In this document: positions 61,809 to 64,000 of the stretch, one piece after another
Layout: every line of letters begins with the position of its first letter
Position numbering within the stretch: the first letter of the stretch is position 1
From: Podarcis melisellensis
Taxonomy: Eukaryota
Strand: one strand, 5' to 3'
Assembly (NCBI GenBank): GCA_964234715.1
Contig: OZ174276.1
DNA length: 64,000 bases
Made by a program: the position numbers and the translations under genes
Notes under the pieces: model-generated
Seen by the model: the letters and a program-made list of their open reading frames with translations, nothing else
What the model was told of the DNA's origin: nothing
The model's database searches: none

Positions 61809-61902
61809 TCATTAGCATTTAAGCTAGCTGTGGCTTTGATGATCATGTAGCAAAGTGTAAGGGCACTCAGGAGGCCAAAGCTGGCAATAATAAACCATTC
61901 TT
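61809..61902 (-). CDS. RNF130: RNF130 (Goliath E3 ligase) penultimate exon, second TM segment
   Basis: [31 protein letters not shown], near-identical to the RNF130 C-terminal TM region; 94 nt, CAG acceptor, GTAAGT donor. Upstream exons lie beyond the window. Confidence 0.95.
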
Positions 61903-64000
61903 CTGTTGACAAAGGAAAGGGAGGAAATCACTCGTGGAAGAAGGCTTATGTCAAATCGATGGCAACTGCCCTCAAAGATCAGAAGCAGAAGACAATAATT
62001 CTACTCATGTGGGGCACCAGGAAGTGAAGCTCCAGAGGAAAGCAGAAGGCAAAGTAGGTACTAAATGGAGAAGGCCAGCAAACAAGGTTATGCGGAGAAG
62101 TGAGAGAAAGAGGAATGATACAATAATATTGATCACAGAGTCCAGACATTAATGATAAATGACTGATCAAAGTAAAATGCAAAATAAGGAAAGCATAAGC
62201 AAAATTTTTACCTGCAGTTAAGGAATAAGACTATTTCCAAATGAGACCTGTATTAAAAGAAACATGACAGCGCGCGCACACACCCTCCCTGTATCATGTC
62301 TTCCACTCCTTTATCCACAAATGAAGTGCTCTAGCACTTTTAAAAGGTAGAATTCAACAGGGAGTCATTAATAACAAAAAATGAAATATAATTTTAGTCT
62401 AAAAAAATCACACAAAAGTACATCTTAATTTTTTTTTTTAAGGAATGTAATTGTTTTGGACATAATTTCTAACTAGGTGCATTCTTTGATTTTAACTTTT
62501 TGTGGCATATGAATGTGTGCAATGTACACAAACTAAAATAAATCAGAAAAGTTTTCAGATGACAGTGCTTGAAATGTTGCATGAATTTCTTCTCCTTTAT
62601 CATGATCTCCATTTTAAATGACTGGAAAAGCAACAGGACTCAAGCCAAGTTAATATGCGTATTTTTGAAGTTGTATGTATAGCTGTACATGTGTATTTCG
62701 CGCAACCAGCAGTATTTGTACACTGAGATTTAACCTATGTTAAATGCACAGTTATGTGGTTATGAATATTAAATAAGTCTTTCCGGTCAATGAAAAAGAG
62801 TTGTCAATCCATTCTTAGACATGTTCTGGGCCTGCAAGCAATAATCAAAACCAACAACAACAGGATGGGTGCATTACCACTGCTCATTCTCAAGATGGTC
62901 AAAGTCACTATAAGATATATATCCCACTTTAAGATTGTAGAAAGTATTCAATGGTAAGTCTCAATTTTCATGAGGGATATTTTACTGACAAATGGAATTC
63001 TTCACACATAGCAATATGATAACACTGCAAACCCAACTTCTGAGGGAATATAACAAAGCAAAACCTGCTAGTACTAATTCCATGCCTGAAGTTTTTAAAT
63101 AAATGTGTGGGACATATGGGGAATGTTAGGGGCAAACCCAGCTCTTTTGTCAAAATTAGCAGTCTCCCAAACTACAGAGTGGTAGTATATGTCACATTGG
63201 CCCAAACATTTCTCTTAATTACTGGTCAAATAATATGCAAGTGCTTCTGCTCAGGTGTTCCCACATATCTCCAGGTTCCACCAATTCATTTATAGTGTAT
63301 GAAAGACATTTAGTTAGTAAAACCACATAACCATCAAGTTTGCAAATAGAGGACTAAAAGAAACTTTCATCCTTATTTGTCAGATTGCATACTGCATTTC
63401 CCCCATAAAATAGTTTTACCTGGTCTGTTAGGCAGCAGACCCATGCGGGGGGGGGGGGCAACCAGATACACGTGCCCTAGGCCTCAGAGGAGTAAGCTGG
63501 CCAGGGGCCCCAGCTAGGGACCGATTGCTTTTTTATTTGAGTTTATTCTAACAAGACTTCCACCCCAGGCCTCAGACAAGCTCTGCACAGGCCTGCTAGG
63601 CAGAAAGAAAGAAAAGCCATGTGTTGCTACTGATCATGAGGCAGACCAAGCAATGCTTAGCACCAGGAAATATGAAAGTTCTACCCTTGATGAGTTGCAG
63701 CTGAATTGAACAAATTAAGGACTACACCGTTTGTCTGGGGCTTAGACTGTGCAACAGAATCAGAAGCAAAATTCTTATTTATATATCCAGTAAGGGTTCT
63801 TTAGCTTTTAGGACCTGATAGTATGTCTTCTTCTTTGCCTAAATCATACCTCAAACAGCTAGCTCAACACAGATCACTGTTCCAGAGTTCATTTAATGCA
63901 AGGTTGTGTTCACAGGTAGATTGTTGAATTGGCATACGTGATTTTCATAAACAATTGGCATATGTGATTTTCTGATGGCACTCAAACTATAAACTTCTTG

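Noticed and set aside
62217-62226. TTCCTTAAC U12-type branch motif on minus strand
   Set aside because: Too close to the following AG and no matching U12 donor visible; it lies inside the candidate microexon.
1-64000. CRISPR arrays, operons or prokaryotic defence systems
   Set aside because: Vertebrate intron-exon DNA; the tandem repeats have no unique spacers and there are no long intronless genes.

Overview
Eukaryotic genomic DNA from a squamate, most likely a lacertid lizard (inferred from Sauria/Squam-type SINEs and lizard-type hAT and Tc1-mariner MITEs). Three intron-containing genes lie in tandem on the minus strand, in the same order as human 5q35.3 (SQSTM1-MRNIP-TBC1D9B-RNF130). (1) A complete MRNIP/C5orf45: 7 coding exons, 7875->588, ~349 aa, CpG-island promoter with E2F, CCAAT and GC boxes. 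(2) A complete TBC1D9B Rab-GAP: 22 coding exons, 41845->10957, ~1255 aa, GRAM-GRAM-TBC-EF-hand, catalytic R and Q fingers intact. (3) The 3' end of RNF130/Goliath: second-TM exon 61809-61902, canonical last exon ending ...NETEWY*, and a phase-matched alternative last exon at 55092-55201. I reconstructed all exon boundaries by hand from GT/AG sites, and the phases join consistently. Introns and intergenic DNA hold many SINEs, LINE (CR1/L2) fragments and MITEs. I see no wholly new biological system. The best leads are isoform-level: a switch between RNF130 C-termini with or without the second TM helix, a candidate 36-nt RNF130 poison microexon, a competing MRNIP donor that creates a TAG across the splice junction, and an in-frame strong-Kozak upstream AUG that would add 67 aa to TBC1D9B.
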